Part shown: piece after piece, positions 1 to 7,976 of the stretch
Layout: each line of letters opens with the position of its first letter
How positions within the stretch are numbered: position 1 is the stretch's first letter
Source of the DNA: an uncultured Opitutales bacterium
GTDB taxonomy: Bacteria; Verrucomicrobiota; Verrucomicrobiia; Opitutales; Intestinicryptomonadaceae
Direction of reading: 5' to 3'
DNA: 32,000 nt
Assembly (NCBI GenBank): GCA_934613415.1
Contig: CAKTSY010000002.1
Location: 210,001 to 242,000 of the forward strand
Translations under genes and position numbers: made by a program
The notes under the pieces: model-generated
What the model saw: the letters and a program-made list of their open reading frames with translations, nothing else
Told to the model about the DNA's origin: nothing
Database searches by the model: none

Positions 1-1021
1 GCGAACCGTTTGCAAGAACCATTCCGATTTTCCCGAAAGACGGCTCCATATGAAAAATCATATGCTGTAGCCATGCAAAGTTTGCGTTGCCTTCTGGCGG
101 AATGCCAAAACACCAGCGTTTGTCGTTTTTCAACTTATCTCCGCCCCAATCCGACATATTAAACGGCGGATTCGCCATAATGTAGTCGAATTTTTCGGTC
201 GGGAAACGGTCGTTCATGAAGGTGTCTGCGTTATAATCGCCGAGGTTTGCCTCTATGCCGCGAATTGCCAAATTCATCTGCGCCATCTTCCAAGTAGTCG
301 GGTTCGATTCCTGACCGAAAACCGAAATATTATTTATGTTTCCTTTGTGGTCTTCAACAAACCTTGCAGACTGAACAAACATTCCGCCAGAACCGCAAGC
401 AGGGTCGTAAACCCTAATACCGCGAGTTCCGCGCCTTGCGCTGCTTAGCGGTTTTAAGATTTCGACAATCGTTTTCACCACGCACGGAGGTGTATAGAAT
501 TCCCCTGCCTTTTTTCCCTCGTTTTCGGCAAACTGAGCCAAACAATATTCGTAGGCACGCCCCAAAATATCGCGGGAATCACCATGGACACTCATTTTAA
601 CATTGGTAAAGAGGTCTATAACTTCGCCAAGCCTGCGTTTGTCAAGTTCTGGGCGAGCAAATCCCTTTGGAAGAATATTTTTTAGGCGCGGATTTTCCTT
701 TTCGATTAGTTCCATCGCCTTATCGATAACCTTCCCAATTTCGGAGGTATGGGCTGCATACGAAATAGCTTCCCAACGCGCCTGCTGGGGTACAAAGAAG
801 ATTCCTTCGGCATCGTAGGCATCTCTGTCTTCTTCAAAGCCTTCGCCTTCGTTTTTTAGTTCGTTATATTTTTCTTCAAATTTGTCCGAAATGTATTTTA
901 GAAAAATCAGCCCCAAAACAATATTTTTGTATTCCGAAGCGTCCATATTGCCGCGAAGCTTGTCGGCCGCGCTCCAGATTTCCTTTTCAAAACCTACATT
1001 AGCTGTATTTATGTCGTCCAT
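1..1021 (-). CDS. hsdM: Type I R-M N6-adenine DNA methyltransferase HsdM, first ~340 codons; the 3' end runs off the window
   Basis: Absent from the ORF track because it is edge-truncated. Manual reverse-complement translation from the ATG at 1021-1019 stays open to position 1: MDDINTANVGFEKEIWSAADKLRGNMDASEYKNIVLGLIFLKYISDKFEE...GEFYTPPCVV...VYDPACGSGGMFVQS...FDYIMANPPFNMSDWG...NANFAWLQHMIFHMEPSFGKIGMVLANGS. AdoMet motif DPACGSGGMF and catalytic NPPF are present. Confidence 0.85.
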   Translation of the reverse strand, partial: MDDINTANVGFEKEIWSAADKLRGNMDASEYKNIVLGLIFLKYISDKFEEKYNELKNEGEGFEEDRDAYDAEGIFFVPQQARWEAISYAAHTSEIGKVIDKAMELIEKENPRLKNILPKGFARPELDKRRLGEVIDLFTNVKMSVHGDSRDILGRAYEYCLAQFAENEGKKAGEFYTPPCVVKTIVEILKPLSSARRGTRGIRVYDPACGSGGMFVQSARFVEDHKGNINNISVFGQESNPTTWKMAQMNLAIRGIEANLGDYNADTFMNDRFPTEKFDYIMANPPFNMSDWGGDKLKNDKRWCFGIPPEGNANFAWLQHMIFHMEPSFGKIGMVLANGS

Positions 1022-1443
1022 ATTATTTTTACAATCCAGTCTTAAAATAGGCAAAAAATCAGAATTCATCAAGTCCTATTTACGGAACTAGAATGGAAGA
1101 AGTAGAAACAAATCTAGATGAGGCCTATTTAAACGAGTTTTTACGCATTTTATCTAAAATATCGTATTACTCTTGTTTTCCATTTGAAGCGTGGAAAATT
1201 CTATAATCATTAACTTACTAGCTTAAAACTTGATATAAATCTTGTGTGAGCAAAACATGAGTCGTTTCCCAATAATATCTTATTGTATAAATGCCCGAAA
1301 ATGTGCTGCTTTATTGGGGGTTGTTTGTCTGCCATAGTGTGGTTTAAGAAATATATAACTAGACAAAAATCACTAATATATGCCAATATTCTAATTATGA
1401 TTGACTTTATAGCTAAGCTATGGTCTCATTACAGCTTTATCCG

Positions 1444-1481
1444 GCCCCTGTAGTTCAACGGATAGAACGGGCGTTTCCTAA
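1444..1481 (+). pseudogene. 5' half of a tRNA-Arg(CCU) gene, from acceptor stem to anticodon loop, truncated after TTCCTAA; putative attL
   Basis: GCCCCTGTAGTTCAACGGATAGAACGGGCGTTTCCTAA. It has a D-stem GTTC/GAAC and the anticodon-stem 5' strand GGCGT, then the loop TTCCTAA. Unrelated AT-rich DNA follows. It matches the complete copy at 13250-13287 (minus) at 37 of 38 positions. Confidence 0.8.
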
Positions 1482-1570
1482 TTTTGAATATATTCTATCC
1501 ATATTTATTTTTTTCTTTCGTTTTGTATTTTATTTGGTTTTAGCAAGTTGCAAGACCTGAAGCGTAAAAA

Positions 1571-1590
1571 TTCTTGCGTATTCTTGCGTA
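1571..1590. repeat. Perfect tandem 10-mer TTCTTGCGTA x2; further GCGTA copies at 1562-1566 and 1631-1635
   Basis: Read directly: agcgtaaaaaTTCTTGCGTATTCTTGCGTAttttt, about 90 nt inside the left junction. Confidence 0.9.
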
Positions 1591-1698
1591 TTTTTAAGGC
1601 ATTAAACACTATCAAAAACACCGTATTTTTGCGTAATTTTACAGAAAAATCCTTACCAAATTCTGACCATTTATTTTGACAGTATTTTAGGCGAATGT

Positions 1699-2181
1699 TC
1701 ATTCCGCATTCCTCCCATAATTACGCTTCCAATAGCTTAATGCACTTTCAATGGAACTGTATAATTTGCCACCTTCGCGATTAGCCGAAGTGTCGTCAAG
1801 AATGCGTAATATAACCTCATCATGCCCTAAATTTTCTACTACCTTTTGCAGCGCTGGAATCTTCAAAAACTCGTCAATTAAAGACATCACCCATCTGCGC
1901 TTGCGAACGGAAAGTTTTGAAAATTCAAACTTGGCACAACGCTCACCTCCAAACATCTGAACCCAAATTTTGCAGGAAATCTTCTGATGATTGTTGTATT
2001 TGTCGGAAGCAAAATATCCGTCCAGACGAACCTTCCGCAAGCGATAGTAAAAATCGTTTCTCTGAACGATAACCCAAATCCCGACCGCCTTCATCGGCAG
2101 TTCGAAAATCTCCGCCATTTCAGGAGTAATCTTGAATTTCTCAAACCCGTCAGTTGATATCTTTGTCTTGCTTATCATCAT
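1699..2181 (-). CDS. Hypothetical protein, 160 aa, no recognisable motif
   Basis: ORF-track entry in the AT-rich block with a varied amino-acid composition. Its stop overlaps the ATG of the 65-aa ORF 1505..1702 as ATGA. Confidence 0.5.
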   Translation of the reverse strand: MMISKTKISTDGFEKFKITPEMAEIFELPMKAVGIWVIVQRNDFYYRLRKVRLDGYFASDKYNNHQKISCKIWVQMFGGERCAKFEFSKLSVRKRRWVMSLIDEFLKIPALQKVVENLGHDEVILRILDDTSANREGGKLYSSIESALSYWKRNYGRNAE

Positions 2182-2655
2182 ACCTTTGTCCCTATGGCAT
2201 CTATACTACCACACCAGGCAAAAATACGCAACATTTTTATTTATTATTTTTAGACAATATTTCTCGTATAGAATTTTTCCTCCTTAATGTTGTCGATATT
2301 GTAGATAAATTACGAAAATATTACAATTACTACGTTTTTACGAAATTTGAATTAACGTGTAAAATTTGAATATGCAGATAGGAATGTAGCGATAGCCATA
2401 ATAGCTGTTAAAAATATAATTATTCTTGAACTTATGTTTGATGCTTTCGTTTGTTTTTCTATTGTGTTAGTTTTTCTAAGTTTTTAGACAATGTTTCAGA
2501 AGATTCATTTATTATTTTTGCGTGAAATTCTATCTTTTCATTAACTTCTCTTGATGATCTTGTGATGGAATCTCCACAGAATTTTAATCCATTTATTATA
2601 TCAATACTCATATTTTATCTTTATTTAGTGTGTTATTATCAAAACATTTTATCAT

Positions 2656-4326
2656 TTATAATTTTATTCTTTCTGTCGTCTTGTAAAAATATTTTATAGA
2701 TTCATCAAAAATTATATCTATATCTTTTATTGCGTATTTGAGTGTTAAGTCTTCCAATCTTTTTGTTCTGCTCAATCCTACATATGTTTGTCCACTGGCA
2801 AACGGATTGGCTCCATCGTAATAAACTTTGTCTATCGTCTTGCCTTGTGCCTTATGTACAGTTGTCGCAAATGCAAGCTCCAAAGGGATTTGGTATATCG
2901 TATCCTTTATCTTAGATTTTAGTATATTCTTCCCTTCTTCATCCTTTTTTACTTCGTATTCGTATAAATCCCATTTGTAAGGTGTAACTCTTTCTGTTTT
3001 TTTTGTACTTAGCATTTCCACATCTACATAACAATCGGCATCTCCATTTTCTTTTATATCTCTTACAATTCCCATTGTCCCGTTGTATATTCCGTCAGAC
3101 ATATTTATTACAAACATCACCAACGCATCTCTTTTTAATGTTAAACACTGGGAAAACAAAATATCTTTAAAAACAGGATCGCCTTGCTGGCATTTGATTT
3201 TTCCGTTGAGGCTTGTTATTCGATAGGCATGAAAATTATATTCCTTGCTTTTTAAATTACTTAACGCATCCTGATTTACCGCATCTACATCTTTATTTCT
3301 ATGCATGAGTTTTAATGCATTTTTTGGAGCTTGGGCGGATACTCTGTCATTAAAAAATTTTAGAGTTTGCGTCAAATTGTTCCTATCGCGAATGTTATCT
3401 AAAAGAGAACAAAATTCTTTGTCGGCTCTATGTTGGTCTTCTAAGAACAACATTTCTATTTTCATATTTCTAAATACATCTGCCTTAAAAAAATAATCAT
3501 ACTCTCCTTCGTTTTTCTTCCCTTTTAGGTTAAGTATTTTCCCGTATTCTTTTGTTATGACAGGAGGTAGTTGATATAAATCACCAGCTACGACTAATTT
3601 TATTCCTCCAAAAGCCTTGTTTGAATTTTTCGCTTTTCGCAAAATCTCGTCTATACAGTCCATCATATAGGCACTAACCATAGAAATTTCATCTATAAGA
3701 AGGTATTTTGTTATATTTATTTTATCTTTTGCTTTTTCTATGGAATTTTTTATATCTGCCTTGTCTAATAACTTCGGCGGCAATTTAAAGAAACTATGTA
3801 TGGTTGCTCCGTGTATAATACTTGCAGAAACACCCGTTGGAGCTAAAAGTACGCATCCTTTCAATCTTAAAGACAGATGCTCTATAATGTACGATTTACC
3901 GCTTCCGGCATTGCCTGTAATGAAAAGAACTGAGTTGTCTCCTTCATTCTTTTTTAAATATTCTGCAACCTTTTCATATGATGGGTCTTTATTTTCATAA
4001 AGTTGGATATTTCGCCGTAGGTCTTCGTTTTCTTTTTGCAGGGCCTTATAATCTAATTTTAGCACATTGAACTCTTCGGATATTCTTTTTAATTCTTCGG
4101 TGTATTCTATTTTTTCCGCAAGGAGTTTGTTCTTTGTTTCTTCTATTTCCTTGCATTTCAAATCAAATAATTCTTGTGCGCGCAGATTTATTTTTTCTTG
4201 CGAAAGTGTAGAAAAATATACATGCGCAATAAATACAAAGCCTCCTATTAAAACAAAAAGAATGAACATCGCGTCTCCGCTCATGGAGTGTTTTGTCGCA
4301 AAAATTATAAAGAATTGATGCATCAT
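2656..4326 (-). CDS. PIF1/RecD-family (SF1B) DNA helicase with an N-terminal transmembrane helix and coiled coil
   Basis: Helicase motifs: I ITGNAGSGKSY; Ia LLAPTGVSASIIHGATIHSFF; II LLIDEISMV; III VVAGDLYQLPPV; a QHR...LLDNIR signature; V/VI AFATTVHKAQGKTID. The N-terminus has AMFILFVLIGGFVFIAHVYF, then ~90 aa of K/E/L-rich heptad-like sequence. The start could be M1 or M15 (4284). Confidence 0.85.
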   Translation of the reverse strand: MMHQFFIIFATKHSMSGDAMFILFVLIGGFVFIAHVYFSTLSQEKINLRAQELFDLKCKEIEETKNKLLAEKIEYTEELKRISEEFNVLKLDYKALQKENEDLRRNIQLYENKDPSYEKVAEYLKKNEGDNSVLFITGNAGSGKSYIIEHLSLRLKGCVLLAPTGVSASIIHGATIHSFFKLPPKLLDKADIKNSIEKAKDKINITKYLLIDEISMVSAYMMDCIDEILRKAKNSNKAFGGIKLVVAGDLYQLPPVITKEYGKILNLKGKKNEGEYDYFFKADVFRNMKIEMLFLEDQHRADKEFCSLLDNIRDRNNLTQTLKFFNDRVSAQAPKNALKLMHRNKDVDAVNQDALSNLKSKEYNFHAYRITSLNGKIKCQQGDPVFKDILFSQCLTLKRDALVMFVINMSDGIYNGTMGIVRDIKENGDADCYVDVEMLSTKKTERVTPYKWDLYEYEVKKDEEGKNILKSKIKDTIYQIPLELAFATTVHKAQGKTIDKVYYDGANPFASGQTYVGLSRTKRLEDLTLKYAIKDIDIIFDESIKYFYKTTERIKL

Positions 4327-4704
4327 ATTTAGATTTTAATTAAAAAATAGAAGATAGTTACATTCGCATGCATCTGTTTTTTCTATTCATTGTCCCAAAG
4401 TATATGTAAATTTATGTGAAAAAGTCAAAGTAATTAAAAAGAATATGGAATAGTAGAAATTTTCAAAACCTCTTTTTTACAACAAAATCCCATAAACATT
4501 TTTATTCATAGTGACGACTTTTCTATCGTGTAACAAGCTATACCCACTAAGACTCTTCTTGATATATTATAGGTTTAATAATTATTTTATGCTATTTTTA
4601 TAAAAAGAGCAGTTATAAGAAAAGATGTCTTGAACTGGGCATAATAAAGATGCTAACATATATTACACTAAGACGCTTTAAAATGATTAAAAAAAGATGC
4701 TAAT

Positions 4705-6105
4705 ATGCCAAGAATAGGGATTACTGTTTATGATTTACTAATATCTTGTCCGGGAGATGTCTCTGATTATGTGAACATTGTAAACGAGTGTGTAGACGGA
4801 TTTAATCGTACATTAGGAGATATAAATAATGCTAAAATTGAAGCAAAGCATTGGTCAACGGATAGTTTCCCTGAGTCAGGAGATAAACCACAAGAGTTAT
4901 TAAACAAACAAATTGTGCGTGGTTGCGATGCGGCCATTGCAATTTTTTGGACAAAATTTGGGACTCCTACGGATAAATATGGCTCAGGTACTGAAGAAGA
5001 AATTGAAGAAATGTTATCTGCAAAGAAACAGATTTTCCTTTATTTTGTGAATGAGCCTATTAATCCTTCCGAATTGGACCAAAAACAATATAACAAGATA
5101 AAAGAATTCAAAGAGAAATATAAGGACAGGGGAATATATTGTGAAGTAAAAAATAAGGACGATTTTAGAACGCAATTCACTAATCATTTGACGATGTATT
5201 TCTTGCCAATAATAATGGGTAAAAACCAGAAAAATGCAGGAGTGGCAGCTCCCGTATTGCAAATACAAGATTATTATTCCGAAAAGAGAAATACGGCATC
5301 TATTCAAAATATCAAATTATTGGATTGGGAGTTAATAAAAGAAAAACATCAAAGTATTTGCACTCAAATAAAGAAATTAAATAAGGATTATTTACCTCAA
5401 CGTGTGCCAGCAAAAAAAGAAGTTAATGATATTGCAGGAATTTTAAAAATTCAAAATTCATTTTTGCCAACAAGATCAGATGTGTCGATATCTAAATCAA
5501 AGAAGGATACCATTTTAACATTTTGTCATCATAACTCTTTAGAAATCCCTGAACAATTTTGGAATTTGGGCGATTTAAAACAACAAACATCAAAATTGCC
5601 TTTTTCGCCATATTACAATAATAATTCGCTTGAAGGGACAGATGCGGAACAAGAACGTTATGAGGCCATAATAAACTTATATTCTGGCATTCTAAAATAT
5701 AACGAATATTATACATATTTTTCTCAAATAGAGAATCAAAGATTTGTATCATTGGTAATTGCAAATATCGGAGCGAGTTTTGATGAAGACATAGATGTCA
5801 AGTTGATTTTTGAAAAAGGTTGTATATTGGGACATCAAGACATCCCCTGCCCAGGACAACATATAATAGAAGATATATTAGAATCTCAATTCATAGAATC
5901 TATATATGGGATAGATGCGACCGACTCTATTTGTAAATATAGTGCTCATTCTATTATGCATGCTTATCTTGATCCGGATATTAAATATCCTTTCCCCCAA
6001 CTTTCCGAAAGTGAAAGATACGAAAATAGAAAACGTAGCTATAGAGACCATTTGGAAAATGTTTTATGTTATGAAATATACAAAAAAGGGGGAACGATAT
6101 TTTAA
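4705..6105 (+). CDS. Hypothetical protein, 466 aa; N-terminal ~170 aa resemble a TIR/DUF4062/nucleoside-deoxyribosyltransferase-like alpha/beta domain; the rest is unknown
   Basis: It is a long ORF divergent from the helicase. The N-terminal pattern is ITVYDLLISCPGDV ... CDAAIAIFWTKFGTPT..GSGTEEEIEEM..KKQIFLYF (strand, helix, strand, acidic G-[ST]-x-E-E, strand). I recognise no motif in the C-terminal 300 aa. The gene may be frameshifted at its 3' end (see findings). Confidence 0.6.
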   Translation: MPRIGITVYDLLISCPGDVSDYVNIVNECVDGFNRTLGDINNAKIEAKHWSTDSFPESGDKPQELLNKQIVRGCDAAIAIFWTKFGTPTDKYGSGTEEEIEEMLSAKKQIFLYFVNEPINPSELDQKQYNKIKEFKEKYKDRGIYCEVKNKDDFRTQFTNHLTMYFLPIIMGKNQKNAGVAAPVLQIQDYYSEKRNTASIQNIKLLDWELIKEKHQSICTQIKKLNKDYLPQRVPAKKEVNDIAGILKIQNSFLPTRSDVSISKSKKDTILTFCHHNSLEIPEQFWNLGDLKQQTSKLPFSPYYNNNSLEGTDAEQERYEAIINLYSGILKYNEYYTYFSQIENQRFVSLVIANIGASFDEDIDVKLIFEKGCILGHQDIPCPGQHIIEDILESQFIESIYGIDATDSICKYSAHSIMHAYLDPDIKYPFPQLSESERYENRKRSYRDHLENVLCYEIYKKGGTIF

Positions 6106-6371
6106 AATTTCACATACCATATCTAAAGCATAATACAAAAATGGCATTCCCTTCCGTTTTAATTCTAAAAAATCAACCAAAGAAGATAGAGTATGAAATT
6201 ACCTCAAAGCATATTTCTGATGTTATAAAAGGAGAAATCTCTTTTTCGCCTGAAAATCCAGTTTTATTGGAGCAGTGAGACAGAATCCGCAATTTATTTA
6301 GTGGCAAAGAGGGCTTGAAAGTTTTATGAAATGGTTTAAAGTCTATGGGTAGACTTATTAGAATAGGAAAT

Positions 6372-7976
6372 ATGGCAAAAAAGACTTCCGAAAAGGCTTT
6401 GAATATTGATAATATTCTGTTTAATTGCAGAGATATTTTGCGGGCGGCGCGCAATTCCGGATCGTTTTTTGAAAAACGCGATATGATGCTAACGCTCGTA
6501 TTCCTGCGTTTTATAGGCGAAAAATTTGAAGACGGCATTGAGAAACTCCGCCAAACATTAATCGAACAAGGCATTGACCCTGATGATGAAAACAACAAAG
6601 CCGCATTTTTTGACGATCCAAGTTTTGCGGACGGAACATATAATTTGGCGGTTGAAGCGCGTTGGGCAACCATTATAAACACACCTGCGCCCAATCTTAA
6701 TGTTGCGCTTGACACTGCTCTTCACAGCATTGCGACAGATTCAAAACAATTGAAAGGCTGTTTCGTAGAGGGTACTTTTACAACGCGCAATCTTGCTCCT
6801 AATGACATAAAGAAGCTTGTAGACGAGGTTAACAAAATTAGCCACAAAGCTTTTGGAGAGGAAAAAGACCTTATTGGGCGCGTATACGAATATTTTCTTA
6901 AAGAGTTTGCAGTAAATGCCACAAAGGAAGAAGGCGAATTTTATACTCCCCACGATGTTGTGCAGCTCATCGCATCCATGATAGAACCTTATGAAGGCAC
7001 ATTATATGACCCTGCTTGCGGTTCGGGCGGTATGTTTATTCAGAGCGCAGAACTTGTCAAATCGAGGCAAGGCGACATCAATCGAATCAACATATATGGT
7101 CAGGAAAAAGATGCCGCCACTTATCGTCTTGCAAAAATGAACCTTGCGCTTCGCGGGCTTAGCCACGATCTTGGAGAAACAAACGACTCTTCATTTACCC
7201 ACGATCTGCATAAGGGGCTTTATTTTGATTACATAATGGCGAATCCGCCATTCAATCTCAAGGGGTGGTATAACGATAACTTAAAAAATGATGCGCGTTG
7301 GGCTGATTATGCTGTGCCGCCGGAAAGCAATGCAAATTATGCTTGGATTTTACATATACTTTCCCACTTAAAACCTTCTGATGGGGTTGCCGGATTTTTA
7401 CTTGCAAATGGCGCGTTGAACGATAGCGATACCTTGGGAATTCGCCAAAAGCTAATTCAAAAAGACAAAGTTGAGGCAATCGTTGTTCTGCCGAGAGAAT
7501 TGTTTATCACTACAGATATCAGCGTTACGCTTTGGATTTTGAATCAGAATAAAAAAGGCGGCAAATACCACGGACGTAAACTGCGCAACCGCGAACATGA
7601 AATATTATTTATGGATTTACGCCAGTGGACGGAAAATCCCGTTAAAGGTGAAAACAAGAAGAAAGTTCGCTTGATAGCAGCGCAAATTGAAAAAGCGTCT
7701 AAAATTTACCATACTTGGCAAAGCGAAGGAACCAACGGAACAAAGTATGAAGTTCCTGAACTCTATCGCAGCGTGAATAAAACGGAAATAGAGCAAAAAG
7801 GCTGGGCGTTAACTCCAAGTAAATATATCGAATTCATCGACCACGACTTAGACATCGACTACAAAAAGGAAATGTCGCGCATTCAAGCTGAAATGCGTGA
7901 AATCCTAAAGCAAGAAAAGAAATCCCAGCAAATGCTGGAAGACGCATTTAAGGGTATAGGCTATGGCATTGAGTAG
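6372..7976 (+). CDS. hsdM: Type I R-M DNA methyltransferase subunit HsdM
   Basis: Motifs FYTPHDVV, YDPACGSGGMF and FDYIMANPPFN, plus NANYAWILHIL. The preferred start is the ATG at 6372 (MAKKTSEK), preceded by AGGAAA. The track ORF starts at 6345. Confidence 0.93.
   Translation: MAKKTSEKALNIDNILFNCRDILRAARNSGSFFEKRDMMLTLVFLRFIGEKFEDGIEKLRQTLIEQGIDPDDENNKAAFFDDPSFADGTYNLAVEARWATIINTPAPNLNVALDTALHSIATDSKQLKGCFVEGTFTTRNLAPNDIKKLVDEVNKISHKAFGEEKDLIGRVYEYFLKEFAVNATKEEGEFYTPHDVVQLIASMIEPYEGTLYDPACGSGGMFIQSAELVKSRQGDINRINIYGQEKDAATYRLAKMNLALRGLSHDLGETNDSSFTHDLHKGLYFDYIMANPPFNLKGWYNDNLKNDARWADYAVPPESNANYAWILHILSHLKPSDGVAGFLLANGALNDSDTLGIRQKLIQKDKVEAIVVLPRELFITTDISVTLWILNQNKKGGKYHGRKLRNREHEILFMDLRQWTENPVKGENKKKVRLIAAQIEKASKIYHTWQSEGTNGTKYEVPELYRSVNKTEIEQKGWALTPSKYIEFIDHDLDIDYKKEMSRIQAEMREILKQEKKSQQMLEDAFKGIGYGIE

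Noticed and set aside
603-1091. Track ORFs 603..818 (+) and 882..1091 (+).
   Set aside because: They lie antisense to the well-supported partial hsdM (1..1021, minus) and have low-complexity, S/R/F-rich sequences. They are shadow ORFs.
1505-1702. A 65-aa basic ORF whose ATG overlaps the stop of the 160-aa gene (ATGA).
   Set aside because: The coupling is suggestive. However, the ORF is made largely of the GCGTA tandem-repeat region next to attL and has no recognisable motif, so the evidence is too weak to call a gene.
2459-2611. A 50-codon minus-strand ORF (MSIDIINGLKFCGDSITRSSREVNEKIEFHAK...) 45 nt downstream of the helicase. A further hydrophobic frame lies at ~2360-2450 and has no start codon.
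   Set aside because: It is below the size at which I can separate coding from chance in ~25% G+C DNA. I see no RBS or motif support.
6081-6092. Programmed -1 ribosomal frameshifting at the A6G5 tract.
   Set aside because: The zero-frame context is tac-AAA-AAA-ggg, not a canonical X XXY YYZ heptamer, because the P-site tRNA would re-pair with CAA. I see no obvious downstream stimulatory structure. An indel or phase variation is the more economical reading, so only the frameshift observation is kept.
6173-6715. A 180-aa minus-strand ORF, with other antisense ORFs at 6722..6953, 7258..7479 and 7905..8186.
   Set aside because: They overlap hsdM on the opposite strand and are low-complexity (S/F/K/I-rich). 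They are shadow ORFs.
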